DNA of 63,472 nucleotides, filler included, from Stramenopiles sp. TOSAG23-2 (taxonomy: Eukaryota), in assembly GCA_900128395.1 (NCBI GenBank). It is 18 parts of 18 records of this genome, joined end to end, with 100 filler letters (N's around TTAATTAATTAA, not from the genome) between each part and the next. Parts side by side here need not be neighbours in the genome. Positions count along the whole stretch, not along the records: positions 44,162 to 47,717 come from LT651169.1; positions 47,818 to 51,370 come from LT651170.1; positions 51,471 to 55,022 come from LT651171.1; positions 55,123 to 58,672 come from LT651172.1; 14 more parts are not named here. The stretch is one strand, 5' to 3'. Within the stretch, counting starts at the first letter, position 1; the number at the start of each line of letters is the position of its first letter. The notes under the pieces were generated by a model that did not search any database, was not told the DNA's origin, and was given only the letters and a program-made list of their open reading frames with translations. Of this stretch, positions 45,026 to 57,606 are shown piece after piece. Position numbers and translations under genes: made by a program.

Positions 45026-45790
45026 ATGGAAAAGTGTTTAAAACAAATTGTTGATTTGCAAACAGAGAAAAACGAACGCAAGAAACAAAGAAATTTTGTA
45101 CACTTAATGAAAAAATGTAGTGAATACGCTTTGAATGGAATTGATTACAAACATTGCAAAACAATGAAAAAAACGTCCAAGTCATTTTTATCGGATGCAA
45201 TACGCGCTATCTTTTCTATCATTAAAAGTACAGCGACAGGTCCTTTAATTTTCTATTTAGTAGATGTCATACGATTTCTATTGAATGATTTACAAACAAT
45301 TACCGAAAATGATGTGCTTTCAAATGGCATTTTGAAATTTGTACATGCATTTGTATTGCGGTTAAGAAGTGACCGTTCTGGTGATTTTGTTTATGACGAT
45401 GTTGATGCTATCGTTTCTTTTGCAAATGAAATCATTGGTCATTCAGCGGTGAAAGTAGAAACAGGTTCCGAAGAATTTCAAGATTTAGTCCATTTACTCG
45501 TCGAATCGTCGTCTATTGCAAGTATCGGTGGTGGTATTGATAATACTGATCCATATTGTAAAGGCAAAGGTGCAAATTACTGCATGTCGTTGATATTCGC
45601 AATAGCAAAATGTTTTCGTGTTAATAAACTTCAAATAAGTGCAAAAACAATGAAAGACGTTAAAAAATTATTGATCTCAAACGTAAATTTTCACAATTTT
45701 GCAACAGTGTACAAAAGAAACAAGAAGAGGAATATACAAAGTACATTGCATCTAAACAAAAGAAAAAACAAAAATTTATGCAACAAATGA
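45026..45790 (+). CDS. Hypothetical, probably alpha-helical protein
   Basis: 254-aa ORF with no recognised motif. Confidence 0.55.
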   Translation: MEKCLKQIVDLQTEKNERKKQRNFVHLMKKCSEYALNGIDYKHCKTMKKTSKSFLSDAIRAIFSIIKSTATGPLIFYLVDVIRFLLNDLQTITENDVLSNGILKFVHAFVLRLRSDRSGDFVYDDVDAIVSFANEIIGHSAVKVETGSEEFQDLVHLLVESSSIASIGGGIDNTDPYCKGKGANYCMSLIFAIAKCFRVNKLQISAKTMKDVKKLLISNVNFHNFATVYKRNKKRNIQSTLHLNKRKNKNLCNK

Positions 45791-46363
45791 TGCAAATGAT
45801 TGAATCAAACTTTTAAATGATGAAATCGACATACCGCCTATTACCATGTATGAGTGCATATATATCATACACATCATATATATCTACCTTTATATATATA
45901 TATATACGTGTAAATATAAAGTTGTGGTTTTTTGTTTGTTGCACGCTGTTAAAGGAACGCACCATTACACGATACAGTATATTTTTAATTTTTAGATATA
46001 TGTGCCCATCTTAACCCAGTTTTAGATGAGATATTATACGCGTATTTGTATTTATTTACACGCGCCGAGGTATGAAATTAAAATTATCTCAAAAGACAGT
46101 CGGATTAATATCTTAGACCTCTTGCAAAAAAGAGAGATGTAATTTGTTTTTAAATGCTACGAAGATCACAAAATAGTAGGTGGTGTAATAAAACAAAAAT
46201 ATAAAGGAGTGAAACACAACACGAGAGACAAAAAAGAAAAGATTTAATTTGTGAAGCGTACACATATTATTTTTTTATTATTTTGCTATTTACATCTTAT
46301 GCATATGATATATATAATATCATATGAACATACACCCGGGAGAAATTCATTCAATATGTCAAT

Positions 46364-47717
46364 CTAAATACTGTCACCTTCTATCTCTTCTTCGTGTATT
46401 TTCTTATAACTGTTTGTATAACTAACATCATCATCGTCGTTATTTTGTAACAACACATCGGATAATGCACGTTCATCCTCCTCCTCATTGTCACTTTTTA
46501 AATTTGAAAAATCAAATAGTCCACAACAAGTAGCAATAATATGTATTAACAAAACTCCAGAAAAGAAATAACCTGTAGCATGAAACATAAATTTGAAAGA
46601 ATATTTCTGTGCAATATATCCACCTGCTAAAGCGCCAGTGCCACCACCAAGACAAGATAGAAACGCAGAAATAATTGTCATCGTAGCAGTTTTCCATCCT
46701 TTAGGAGCAATTTTGCTGCTGATATTTACAGAGGCGGTCCACATCATTGCAAATGTTAATCCATGACACAATTCCAACAATAAAATATAATTCAATGTTG
46801 ATTTAGTCAACAAAGTATAACCAAACATACGAATTATAAAACTAACCATTGCAATTATCATCATCGTTGCAGGGCCTAAGAAATTTAATATTTCTTTTCC
46901 ATAATAAAATATTGGTACTTCAAATATAACAGTCGCACCAACAGTCAAACCGCATAATAGTTTTGATGCATTAAACTCATCTATTAAAAAAACAAACAAT
47001 AGCCGCCCGACCATACCAAAACCAGCGCCGAAAACTGCAATCAAAAACAATAAAAAACATATTCGTGGAGAACAAAATAAAGCACGTAATAAAACTTTGA
47101 TTTCAGGCTTTTTTTCATTATTTTCAATTGCTTTTTTTTCTTTGTCTGTAACGTCTGGTATGAACCATGCCATAATTAAAAAATTAAATACTTGAAAGCT
47201 ACCAAAAATAATAAACATCATTGAAAATCCATATCTATCGATAACGAAACCCATTACACTTGTTCCACCACCCCAGCTAATAGCTGTCCATAATCTTAAT
47301 TTTCCATAATCACTCACTTTTCCAACTTCTTTTAACGTTTCTAATGCATATGCATCAAGAATTCCACCCGCAACAAAAGACGCTGTTATGGAAGCAACGA
47401 CAATAATTTTCCAATATGCATCGCTAACTTCAGGAATGGACAAAGTTAAAATAGATGCAGTATTTAAAGTCGTAGTAAATAAATAGACAGCTTTTCTATT
47501 TCGTAACTTATCCGCCACGATACCCCATATGGGCTGTGCTACTAATCGTACGAATGGTATCGTACAACCTATTGAACCTATTTGAAATGGCGTTAAGCCG
47601 CGTGAAACGTAAAATATGGCAGAATATCTTCCCCATGAAGTACCACTTAATCCAGCTAAAAAATATAAAAGTTTTAAAATCAAAATTTTTGAACAACATT
47701 TGCTTTTGTTATTAATA
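46364..47717 (-). CDS. Major facilitator superfamily transporter (MFS_1_like/MFSD6-like), probably 5'-partial
   Basis: About 12 TM helices, PIWGIVADKLR, YGKLRLW, FEVP and ELCHGLTF. Confidence 0.9.
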
Positions 47718-48281
47718 NNNNNNNNNNNNNNNNNNNNNNNNNNNNNNNNNNNNNNNNNNNNTTAATTAATTAANNNNNNNNNNNNNNNNNNNNNNNNNNN
47801 NNNNNNNNNNNNNNNNNGAAATACACCCCCTTCTTCTATCTTTATTTGTATTACACAAATTTCAATTCGGTATTGAATTTTAGTATATATATTATAAAAT
47901 ATGATACATGTATTAAATAAAGTGTGGCATATCAGCACAAATGGTTCTCTCTCTCTCTGTTCTTTCCAAACTTTCTTAAAATAATTATAGAGAACCTTTT
48001 GCGGACAATTTATTTCGTGATTTTTTTTTAAATATATCTCGTTTAAAAAAAAAACCATATATTTATTCAATAAAATTATAAAATCACGCGTACGTGAAAT
48101 CATAACTTTTCTATATGTGACGATAATGACATTTATACTTTTATTTCCTGACCTTGATATTATAAAAATATAAACACATATGAGATGATATTATTTATTT
48201 TTGATATATTCGTATAGAGGCATATCATATATATGCACACATGTATATTCTGATTTACTTGTGACTATCACAATAAATAAT

Positions 48282-50198
48282 TTATTTGCCTGGAGCAGCA
48301 TATGCAGCATTTGCAGTAGCTTTTCCTTTTTCCCTAGCATCTATCTTACCTTGGTTCTCTTCTTGAACCTTTTTCATCTTCTCGCTCATGCCATCACCAC
48401 AATTCACTGGGGAACCACCGTTCATGTTGGAATCTGCGATGAAACACATAATAAGAGTGTTCATAGACATACCAAATACTTCAAAGAAAATGGTAGCAAT
48501 AACAAGTGCCAATATGAATACAACGACAAGCACCAAATATGGGGAACTGACGGATGATTTCCATGGATCAACATATGTCATCAATGCAAAGGTGCAACAT
48601 AAGCTGAAAACGATTACAAAACCACGTCCAAGTTTAATGATAATTCCACCTAAGCTTTGTGCCATGGTGATGGTCAATGGTGCATTTCCTAAAAAAGAAA
48701 ACAATTTGTAACATGCATTGCAAAATCCATAGCCAAACATTGCAGTGAAAATATATGCGTTTTTGGTGATGTATTTTAAACAATTCTCAATGCATCGTGC
48801 GCAGCATCTTAAGACACACACAAGGAATTTGGTCCCTGGATTATTTGGGCTTTGTTTCTCCATTTGCTCAGTCATATAATCAATCATCATACGGATAGCC
48901 TCTGCAATTGCTACTACCAATGAACCAAAGATCATGGTACCCAAATGTTTCACCCAGGATAATTTGAAGGCAGTCCATACAGTACTGCCTAATTCTTTTT
49001 GTCCATTTACACGTGGTGCAAAGTACCATTGTGCTACGGAGCTTGCAATAGTAAAGTGCATCAAAGCAATAAATAATTGCATAGTCCATAAATAACCGAA
49101 GAAATGATAATAAAACATGTACATGACATCGTCGCTGTATTTCATTTCCTTTTCTTTTACTGTACCAGCACCAAAATTATAACCTTCCGTGTGGTTAGCA
49201 TTAACAACATATTCCATTGTACCATTGCATGCTAAATTACCCGATACTGCGATCCAGTAGACCAATAAGATAAATACTAAAAATGTTTTAAATATTGGCA
49301 ACAAGTACATGCCTTTCAATTCTGTTACAGCATGTGTTGTCTCCTCCATGATCATAATTGCAGTTGCGATTGCATTTCTAGAAACACAAATAACTATAGC
49401 CCAAATTAAAGCAAGAACGAAACAAATTATACCTGCTCCTTGATATCCATTTTTTTGATCTGCAGTAATATCATCACCATTTGCCAACGAGAAAAAGAAA
49501 ACACCTGAAATCGTTAAGAATGTTAATATGGAAATAATAACTGCCCATATAATGATTCCACCACAATATCGCATGCATGTGTTAAAAATCAGAATGCCAA
49601 CCAAGATGAATACGCAACCAATTGCAATGACACCTGCACCGTTTACAACACCTTCTAAAGCAACCCTTAAACCACTTTCTGCCTGTGCGGTAGTGTCACC
49701 AGAAACGGTGATGTTTCCAATTTGGGAACAAACTGGCACTGTACCTAGAACGGTTGGGGTTGTGGCATAGCCATAGCCGGTAAAAGTTTTCATCGATTTG
49801 CTACCTTCATCGTAAAATTTTCCTTCATATTTACCCTTGTTAGCAACAGTTGGACATTCTTTTACGCAAATACTTGCATTTGTTGGAAGGTCATATGTTG
49901 TAGTTCCCCCGTCATACCAAACCCCAGGTATATATAAATTCTTATATTCAGCTCCAACACCTAGCTCCCCATCAAGGCCACAAATTTTCCCGTCAAATTG
50001 GTAGCCTTTTGAAATGTAATCGTAATTTGCATTACCAGCAGAGACTATCCATACAATAATCATACCTATCCAGAATACAATAAATGCAACAACACATAAG
50101 AAATCTGTGCATTTTCTATCGTTCACGTCAGCGATACGAAAGATACCATTTTCATCTTTTGAAAATCCTTCAAATTTTTTTTCGTCTTCACCACCCAT
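48282..50198 (-). CDS. Choline transporter-like protein (CTL/SLC44 family)
   Basis: RKCTDFLC, ICVKECP, VAQWYF, HLGTMIFGSL, CIENCLKYITKNAYI and TLIMCF. Confidence 0.93.
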   Translation of the reverse strand: MGGEDEKKFEGFSKDENGIFRIADVNDRKCTDFLCVVAFIVFWIGMIIVWIVSAGNANYDYISKGYQFDGKICGLDGELGVGAEYKNLYIPGVWYDGGTTTYDLPTNASICVKECPTVANKGKYEGKFYDEGSKSMKTFTGYGYATTPTVLGTVPVCSQIGNITVSGDTTAQAESGLRVALEGVVNGAGVIAIGCVFILVGILIFNTCMRYCGGIIIWAVIISILTFLTISGVFFFSLANGDDITADQKNGYQGAGIICFVLALIWAIVICVSRNAIATAIMIMEETTHAVTELKGMYLLPIFKTFLVFILLVYWIAVSGNLACNGTMEYVVNANHTEGYNFGAGTVKEKEMKYSDDVMYMFYYHFFGYLWTMQLFIALMHFTIASSVAQWYFAPRVNGQKELGSTVWTAFKLSWVKHLGTMIFGSLVVAIAEAIRMMIDYMTEQMEKQSPNNPGTKFLVCVLRCCARCIENCLKYITKNAYIFTAMFGYGFCNACYKLFSFLGNAPLTITMAQSLGGIIIKLGRGFVIVFSLCCTFALMTYVDPWKSSVSSPYLVLVVVFILALVIATIFFEVFGMSMNTLIMCFIADSNMNGGSPVNCGDGMSEKMKKVQEENQGKIDAREKGKATANAAYAAPGK

Positions 50199-51615
50199 GT
50201 TTTTCCTTTTTGTTCTGTTTTTTGTTATTATAATTCGTTGTATTATATAATACTATGATGATCCTTCTAACAAATAATATGTTTAATAATTACTTGTACG
50301 TAAATATAATTTAAATTTTCCATTTATTTTATTTGATCTTTCATTCATTTTTTAATTGTGTATATATATTTGTGGTAATAATAAATAATAAATAATTTTT
50401 TTTTTAAAAAAAAGATCGTCTAGCTGCTGTTGTTGTTGTGTTTTAGTTTAGGAGGTGGTGTGTTGGTGTTAAGCGCGTGGAGAGGGTAGTAAATCCAGTG
50501 ATGTTGATATTTCTATGGTACATTATGAAAAATAGAAAAATGCAAGGTGCCAAATTAAAATGGTGCAATGATCGAAATATTCAATCAGTGCTAGCTGGCT
50601 AGTATCAATGCCATCCTGCTAATGCTATGCTACAGTATACAAGTAAGAATAGTACCCTACAGATGTAGTTATAATACATTTGGATGTAGTATGCTAGAAC
50701 TATCCTGATATAGATAATACTATATAGTATGATGATCTTTTCCAGCGTGTGTGGGTGCTGTGTTCATGTAAATATATTTAGCACATAATAGCAAGGGAAA
50801 GCTGTTTTTACCAACCATTTTTACAAATCCAATAAGCAAAATATAATAAAAAATAATGAAAATTGAAAAAAGAATGAATGAAGTGAATCACATCCCTCTT
50901 TCAGCACAGAATGAATCACAGTGCTACTCGAATAGGAATAGAAAATAGGTGGTAGAATAACTAATTATATATATATATGCTACAAGAAGAAGGAAGTCGT
51001 CGTTATAACAATACATACGAACAGATATATAGAGATATATAGATCGGAAATAAAGACAGAAGAGAATATATATAGATATATATAAATACAAATAGATAGA
51101 TATCAAAGTATCGATATTTTATATTGTTTATACATATATAATATAGTAGATAGATCGATATATTATTTATTTATTTTCAAAGACAATACATTTTATTAAT
51201 ATTCGTCGTCGTCTGGTATAATAATAATTATACTAAAACAAAAACTATATATATATATATATACATATAAGAAAAAGTATACATATACAAATTATATAGT
51301 TATATACATATATTGATTCATATTATATATATATATACGTACATATTACTAATACAGAGGCGTATACGTANNNNNNNNNNNNNNNNNNNNNNNNNNNNNN
51401 NNNNNNNNNNNNNNTTAATTAATTAANNNNNNNNNNNNNNNNNNNNNNNNNNNNNNNNNNNNNNNNNNNNTGTTTCAATCTAGTGGTGGTGGAGGAAGTT
51501 AAAAAATTTAGGGACACAAAGTATTTACACGCACGTATTTTTCAATTTTTTATTTTTACTCACACCGATATAAAATTCCTACGTAACATCCATCTCGGCA
51601 ATCGGTTATCCCGTG

Positions 51616-51815
51616 TCAACTACACGCGCCGTTTTGATAATCGCACACTTTGGAGTTACAATCCCGGAAACAAACTTTTTCCTTCCGTTTCACATCTTGA
51701 CAATACCTTGAACATTGTTTTTTGCATCCAGCTTCTGGTGATCTTTCTACGACATTTTTTAAATTGTAGGTTGCCCATCCAACCATCCATTAGTACATGT
51801 TTTTGTTCCGAATAC
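51616..51815 (-). pseudogene. Frameshifted 3' fragment of a TM-LRR-LNR family gene
   Basis: FGTKTCTNGWLDGQPT, then a frame change, then LKNVVERSPEAGCKKQCSRYCQDVKRKEKVCFRDCNSKVCDYQNGACS*. Cys spacing parallels the C-terminus of 41514-43478. Confidence 0.5.
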
Positions 51816-52518
51816 TACGAATAATAAATGAAAACCGCCTCGATCTTTTCTTGTCGTCTCATGAACATAGTGTACATACAATAAAAAAATAAATCAAACG
51901 AATAACGATATTACTACTACTGCATAGACAACAGTTCAATAATGTCAATCCCTAAAGGCAATCAAATGGGGTTTTCTTCTGAAATATGATTCAGGTTTAT
52001 CTCTATTCGTTGTAAGTATATATATATATGATACAGAATAACTTATGCTGTATAATTTAATAGCTTTCTACAGAATATAGCATATATTCTTTGACCTTAA
52101 TTTATGCATGTCATGATATCGTTTATCTCAAGATCTCAAGTCTCAAGTCCCTTCACAAGTGTTTTCTGATGATTCTTCCTAGATATATATAGATATAGAT
52201 ATATTATATAAAAAAAAACGAGGAACAACAGAAAATAGAAAAAAAAGGAGGGCAAACTGGCAATCTGGAAATAGCTGGACTACTGCTGAGAAATAATAAA
52301 TAATCAATAATCAATAATCAATCCTGCCACCTGTGGCCACCTGGCAATATACTACTAATTACTAATATAAAATATAAACAATACAAAAAATAATCTCATA
52401 CTTTTACTGCAAACAAAACGAATGTTAAATAGACGAATCAAATTTTCTCTGGATTATTGTGTCTAGTCTTAATTTGATATTTTTTTTTAAACAAACTCAG
52501 TAATCTACATTCTACAAT

Positions 52519-54891
52519 ATGAAGCAATCGTCTATTATACAGCTTGCTATATTTTACTTGATCCTCTTGTTGTCCAATGAAGGCATCACGGTGGCAACTA
52601 ATATACGTCAAACTGTTGGATTACGAAAAAATATGCAATTATCAACTTCGTTAAATAATATGGTCAATATGATGGATTCTATTGATGTTGATAGTTTTCT
52701 AGAAGTACAGGATATGCATGGTATGTCGGCAGAAGCATATGGTACCCTAGAAATGATTGAAATGCATAAAAGTTTAAAAGAAGGGTTTTCGTTTGAGAAT
52801 AGTCCTATATTAAAGGATCTAAAAAGTTTAAAGGAAATACCTGAAAATAAAATATTATCACCAAGTGAATTGAAAGAACATCGTAATCATGTATCAATTC
52901 TGTTAGAGAAAGCTATGAGTAACTTGGGTGACAGTAAGACAGCAGCAAGCGATAGTAAAGCGTCATCATCAGGTGAATGCAAGCGAACCACTACCCTTAC
53001 TTGTGGAAAACACTCAGATTGTCGTCCAGCTAAACATAACCCATGCAAAGGAGAATGTATTTGCGATACAGTTAGAATTAACGAGTGTGAATGTGTTGCA
53101 AAAGGTACTATTGAAAAGCTAGAGGTGAAAAACCTAGATACAAGCAAAGCCGTTGCACATACCAAAGAAATAGATAAAGCGCTGACCGCAAAAGGTGGTA
53201 TTGGAGCAGCCTTGTTTGGTTTTGTAGATGGCTTTTTATCTGGTATGGCATCCGATCTACGTACTAAATTTGAAGATCCAAAATGTGACGGTGGAAACGT
53301 ACATGAAAAATTAAAAAACGTACATGAAAAATTAAAAAACGTTACCCATACGTTTAAAAGTATGTGGTCACATATGAAAAAAGTACACAAAAAAGTATGG
53401 ACATCAAAAGGTCGCAAACCTATTATACATTCTGTAAAGGCGTTTATTACATCGTTGGTGGAATTATTAAAAGAAGGTATGAAATATATGTGGGAATGTC
53501 CCGCAACAAAAATGTTAGTGGTTATGGTTGGCATAATTGCTGCTATGTTGATTATGAACATTGTATTTATGGCAGCTGGATATGTAGTTCTACCACTTAT
53601 TATTAAATATGCTGGTATGATAATGGGATTATATTTTTCATTTGATTATATGAAAAATAAAGTTGTATCGTTATATCAAGGTACAAAGAAATTGATTGCT
53701 AATAAATGTCATGGTACTTGCAAAAAGAAAATGATTGAAGATGCATTTAGTATGGTTGGTGCAGTTACAGAAATCATTGTAATGAGTGGTTTAGATAAAG
53801 TATTGAAAGTTAAAGCAGATGAAGCAAAATCCATTTTCAAACGATTTGGAATGGAATTTCATCCAGAATTTAAAAATGATATGAAAATATTAGGTGATGC
53901 AGCAACGAATGCAAAGGATGGTATTAAAAATGGATGGAAGAAATTAACTCGTAAGGATGGTTTGAAATCAAAAAGTAGTGATGTATTACCAGATGATGTT
54001 GGTAAAGTAGCTAAAGCAGCAGCTAAAAAAAAAGGTTGGTTTCAAAGAAAAATTGATTTCTTCTTTGGCGAGGTAAAAACTTCAGCTGTCTTTGACGAGG
54101 TAAAAACTTCAGTTGATCTAATTGACGATGGGAAAACTGCACTTGATAAGGTTAAAAAATTTTGGAAGATCAAACAAATTATTGTAGCATATTCAAAGAC
54201 GCAAAACCAACTGTCAGAGTTGTTAGTTATATGCAATGATAATGATGAAAATCTTAATAAAGAAATAAAAGAACCTTGTGAAAATTTTAAGTCAATTAAA
54301 AGCAATTGCGAAATCAAAAAAGAGGAAAAGAAACTAGCTTTGGAAAAGGGGTATTCACCTGAGAAAAAGAAGCATATAGATAAATTAAGGTCTAAAATTA
54401 AAGGATGCATGCTTGATATGGTATCATTACATTCCAAAATAATTAAATTGGATGTGGTAATTGAACATTTGAATACGCAATTAAGTAAACAAGTCAAGAA
54501 CATAAGGAATTTAACAAAAGCAGATGAAGAATACTTGGAAAAAAACTATCATTGCCCACTGTTGTCTTGGCCAAATGTTTTTGAAAGCTATGCTAAGGAA
54601 TTTAAAAATAAAACCAATATAGATATTGGGAGTTACTGGTGGGGTGGGGCGTATAGTGACTGCATAGCGGCTAACTTTGGATTTTTTCAACTACTTCTTG
54701 GCCGTGGTCTTAGTGAGGATGTTAAATGCCATGAATGCTCAGCAAGGCAATTATATGACTTTGAGAGCAAGGCTATTGCTGAGAGGATGGAAAAATTTAA
54801 AGATGAGCAGAAAACAGCACAAGAGAAAGAACAATCCGAATTGGATTGGAAAAGCAATATAGTAATTCAAGATTTAAATTATCGCTTATGA
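52519..54891 (+). CDS. Hypothetical secreted/membrane protein (790 aa)
   Basis: Signal peptide, Cys-rich module (CKRTTTLTCGKHSDC...CKGECIC...CEC), long central hydrophobic segment and a coiled-coil-like C-terminal third. Confidence 0.75.
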   Translation: MKQSSIIQLAIFYLILLLSNEGITVATNIRQTVGLRKNMQLSTSLNNMVNMMDSIDVDSFLEVQDMHGMSAEAYGTLEMIEMHKSLKEGFSFENSPILKDLKSLKEIPENKILSPSELKEHRNHVSILLEKAMSNLGDSKTAASDSKASSSGECKRTTTLTCGKHSDCRPAKHNPCKGECICDTVRINECECVAKGTIEKLEVKNLDTSKAVAHTKEIDKALTAKGGIGAALFGFVDGFLSGMASDLRTKFEDPKCDGGNVHEKLKNVHEKLKNVTHTFKSMWSHMKKVHKKVWTSKGRKPIIHSVKAFITSLVELLKEGMKYMWECPATKMLVVMVGIIAAMLIMNIVFMAAGYVVLPLIIKYAGMIMGLYFSFDYMKNKVVSLYQGTKKLIANKCHGTCKKKMIEDAFSMVGAVTEIIVMSGLDKVLKVKADEAKSIFKRFGMEFHPEFKNDMKILGDAATNAKDGIKNGWKKLTRKDGLKSKSSDVLPDDVGKVAKAAAKKKGWFQRKIDFFFGEVKTSAVFDEVKTSVDLIDDGKTALDKVKKFWKIKQIIVAYSKTQNQLSELLVICNDNDENLNKEIKEPCENFKSIKSNCEIKKEEKKLALEKGYSPEKKKHIDKLRSKIKGCMLDMVSLHSKIIKLDVVIEHLNTQLSKQVKNIRNLTKADEEYLEKNYHCPLLSWPNVFESYAKEFKNKTNIDIGSYWWGGAYSDCIAANFGFFQLLLGRGLSEDVKCHECSARQLYDFESKAIAERMEKFKDEQKTAQEKEQSELDWKSNIVIQDLNYRL

Positions 54892-54970
54892 AGAAGATGA
54901 TGATGAAGAACACAGTGGCAACAAACGATGTAGAAATAAAGCTAACATACTGTAATATAAATATAAAGAC

Positions 54971-55022
54971 GGTTAAAATCTAAGTTATAATAATTTTACA
55001 CTTCTCGTGTTAAGTAATATGC
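54971..55022 (+). repeat. Dispersed repeat family A terminus at the contig end
   Basis: ggttaaaatctaagttataataattttacacttctcgtgttaagtaatatgc. Confidence 0.85.
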
Positions 55023-55231
55023 NNNNNNNNNNNNNNNNNNNNNNNNNNNNNNNNNNNNNNNNNNNNTTAATTAATTAANNNNNNNNNNNNNNNNNNNNNN
55101 NNNNNNNNNNNNNNNNNNNNNNAAAACTCTTGCTTCAATCTCGTTATATGATAACTCTCCAAAACACTTCATTATGATTTAAATAAAATGACAAATCTTT
55201 AAGTATGTTTGTTAATGTATATAACTTAATT

Positions 55232-57368
55232 CTACCTCAATTTATACGAAAGTTGATCGTCGCCACTAACTTTAAGCCATATGGTCGAACTTTTCTCTAA
55301 ACAATCTATTTTCTTGAGCTCCACATCGGTTAAATGGATTCCAAGTCGTGTCACTGTCATAGGCTGTTCGTTTCTTAAGTGAATCCAGTTCTCATACGGT
55401 AAATGCTTGTAAATTTGACGCGTATTGTAACCTTGAGCTGCTGCTTCATTATCTGCTGAGGCTACAGCAATGGTAGTGCTCTGTTGGCCCATATTGGCCG
55501 AACCTACAAACGACTCCACTGGCAGTCCAAGAACATTCACTAGAATAGCTGGATTTGTAAAACTTGACTCGTTTATTTCGACATAATCGCTTTCTAATGT
55601 TGCCCCACTTGCAACAGAATACGAGTTGTTTGTGAACCCAAGTAATGCTTTGCAATTTGCGTGACGATTCATAAAGCCTAACCAGTGCAGATTCTCAGTA
55701 TCTAAATAATCTATACCCTCGTATCCAAAACCCAAAGCTTTTTTCGTAGGACACGCTACACTAGGTGATGCACCACTTACATCAAGATGATGAATTGCTT
55801 TGCACTCTAATGGAAAACAATCTTTATTCTCAAATGCTGCAACTTGATACAAATGTAACTTATGATAAATAGGATAGTCGCCATCCGCATCTGTCACCTC
55901 AAGGGTGTCAAGGGGAGTATAAGTGGATTGATTGTCTTTATTATACAAAATTTGTAGCTTATAACCGTTGTCGTATATCGGTCTCATCATAATTTTCATA
56001 TTTTTGGCATTTCCTGCATCAAATATACTGACACCTGTTGCTGTTTGTGAAAATTCTGTGGTATTGGGTTGTAGTTCGCCTAGTTTTGCGATGCGTGACT
56101 TACAAACAATTAATTCCGCATTACTATCTACTCGCACGCCATACACCACTCTTGACTGTAACCTTGACCAATCGCTGTTTGCGTCCAGTTCGTTGTTTTG
56201 ATCTAAATCTATCATATCTTGAGTTGTAATTCCCATCAAGCATTGTAGTTTATCTTTGGGTTGATTCGCTGGAGGTTTCAACTCCCATCGATATCCTTGA
56301 ATGCCACCTGCTCCATTGATTAAATCTCCAGCAGAAATATCTGTTACTGTTTCTGTGTTATCTACATTCCACAGCGGCTTTGTATTGATAAAATTTAATC
56401 CTCCTGTTTGCGGGTAAATGGTTGATTCCTCAGGGTCTACTTCTTCTCTTATGATGAATGTCAATTTTTCGGTAGTATACCAATTAAAGGGGACACCATT
56501 GTAGCCTGTGGTAGGATTGGGCACATTTAAATTTTGATCAATAACTTGAATATCAAATTGAATATGAGTTGCAGCTGATATAGGACCGCCTCCAGGTATG
56601 TAGCCTGCTATACCAAGGATTTTAATAAAAGTGTATGTTCCACCTCTTGGACCAGGGTCAAGAGATATACAAGTTAAATTTTTTCCTACACTATCAATCC
56701 AATCTTGTGTTCTTGACACTCCATCTGCATCTAGTGTATTGACTCCAAGAATAACAGCTTGGTCGATGGAAATTTGAAAAACCCCGTTTGTGTTGTTGCA
56801 TTCACCTGGTGCCAAAAACACCGTTGATGTCCCATTTGCAATCATATTAAAACTAACATCACCTGCAATCATATCGTTGACACTTAATATCGGTTGTGTA
56901 ATACTTTGAATGGCTACTTGACCTGCATTGTTGCCATAGCTTATCCACTCTCCCGCTGACATATTTTTCGGCTCTTGTCGCACCAACTTAAAACTGACCT
57001 TGTTGTTTACCATACTTACATTCCACCCTCCACGATACGGCGAAACCATTTCAGCTTCATTCATTGATTTTTGAACTTCTTGAGGAAGAGTTCCTAAATT
57101 TGTTCCGTAATATGAACCATTTTGAAATTTAGCATATTCAACAGGCAAAAACATTCTATTCGTTGAATCGACATCATTGAGTGTCCAAGCAATCGTATCA
57201 TTGTCTTCATTTACAATAACATTTCCACTAATTTCTTCAGTAAGAGTATCTAGACCTCTAAACTGTCTTAAGAAACTATACCCTTGACACGCTATTTTTG
57301 GGGTCTGTAAAGTTATTCCAGAAACGGTGTGGGTCTTGGTCTTGACTATTCATAACAATCAAACTCAT
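55232..57368 (-). CDS. Putative minor capsid (penton) protein with a large insertion. Frameshift near 57299
   Basis: The C-terminus AILVNVLGLPVESFVG...TTIAV...YKHLPYENWIHLRNEQPMTVTRLGIHLTD...STIWLKV resembles PLV penton C-termini. The N-terminus MSLIVMNSQDQDPHRFWNNFTDP (ATG 57368) is in a different frame from KIACQGYSF..., which runs in frame into ORF 55232-57154. Confidence 0.65.
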
Positions 57369-57411
57369 ATTTGATATATAAAAATATTTAATTTCTTTTT
57401 ATATATCATAA

Positions 57412-57606
57412 ATGCGACTAAAGAAACGAAAGATTAAAGTCATTAAATGTGGTTGTTCAAAAACCAAAAAGAACCGCTTGCAGCGTGCAGTTGCAAAATC
57501 ACAGAAACCAAAGCCCAAACCAAAAATAGATGAAAAAAATATATTTATTGTCAAGAAAACACGGAAAAAAAAGCAATATAGCAACAAACAAACCAAAAAG
57601 AAATGA
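57412..57606 (+). CDS. Small Lys/Arg-rich protein (64 aa)
   Basis: Fills the gap between the penton-like and helicase genes. Its stop directly abuts the helicase stop. Confidence 0.5.
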   Translation: MRLKKRKIKVIKCGCSKTKKNRLQRAVAKSQKPKPKPKIDEKNIFIVKKTRKKKQYSNKQTKKK

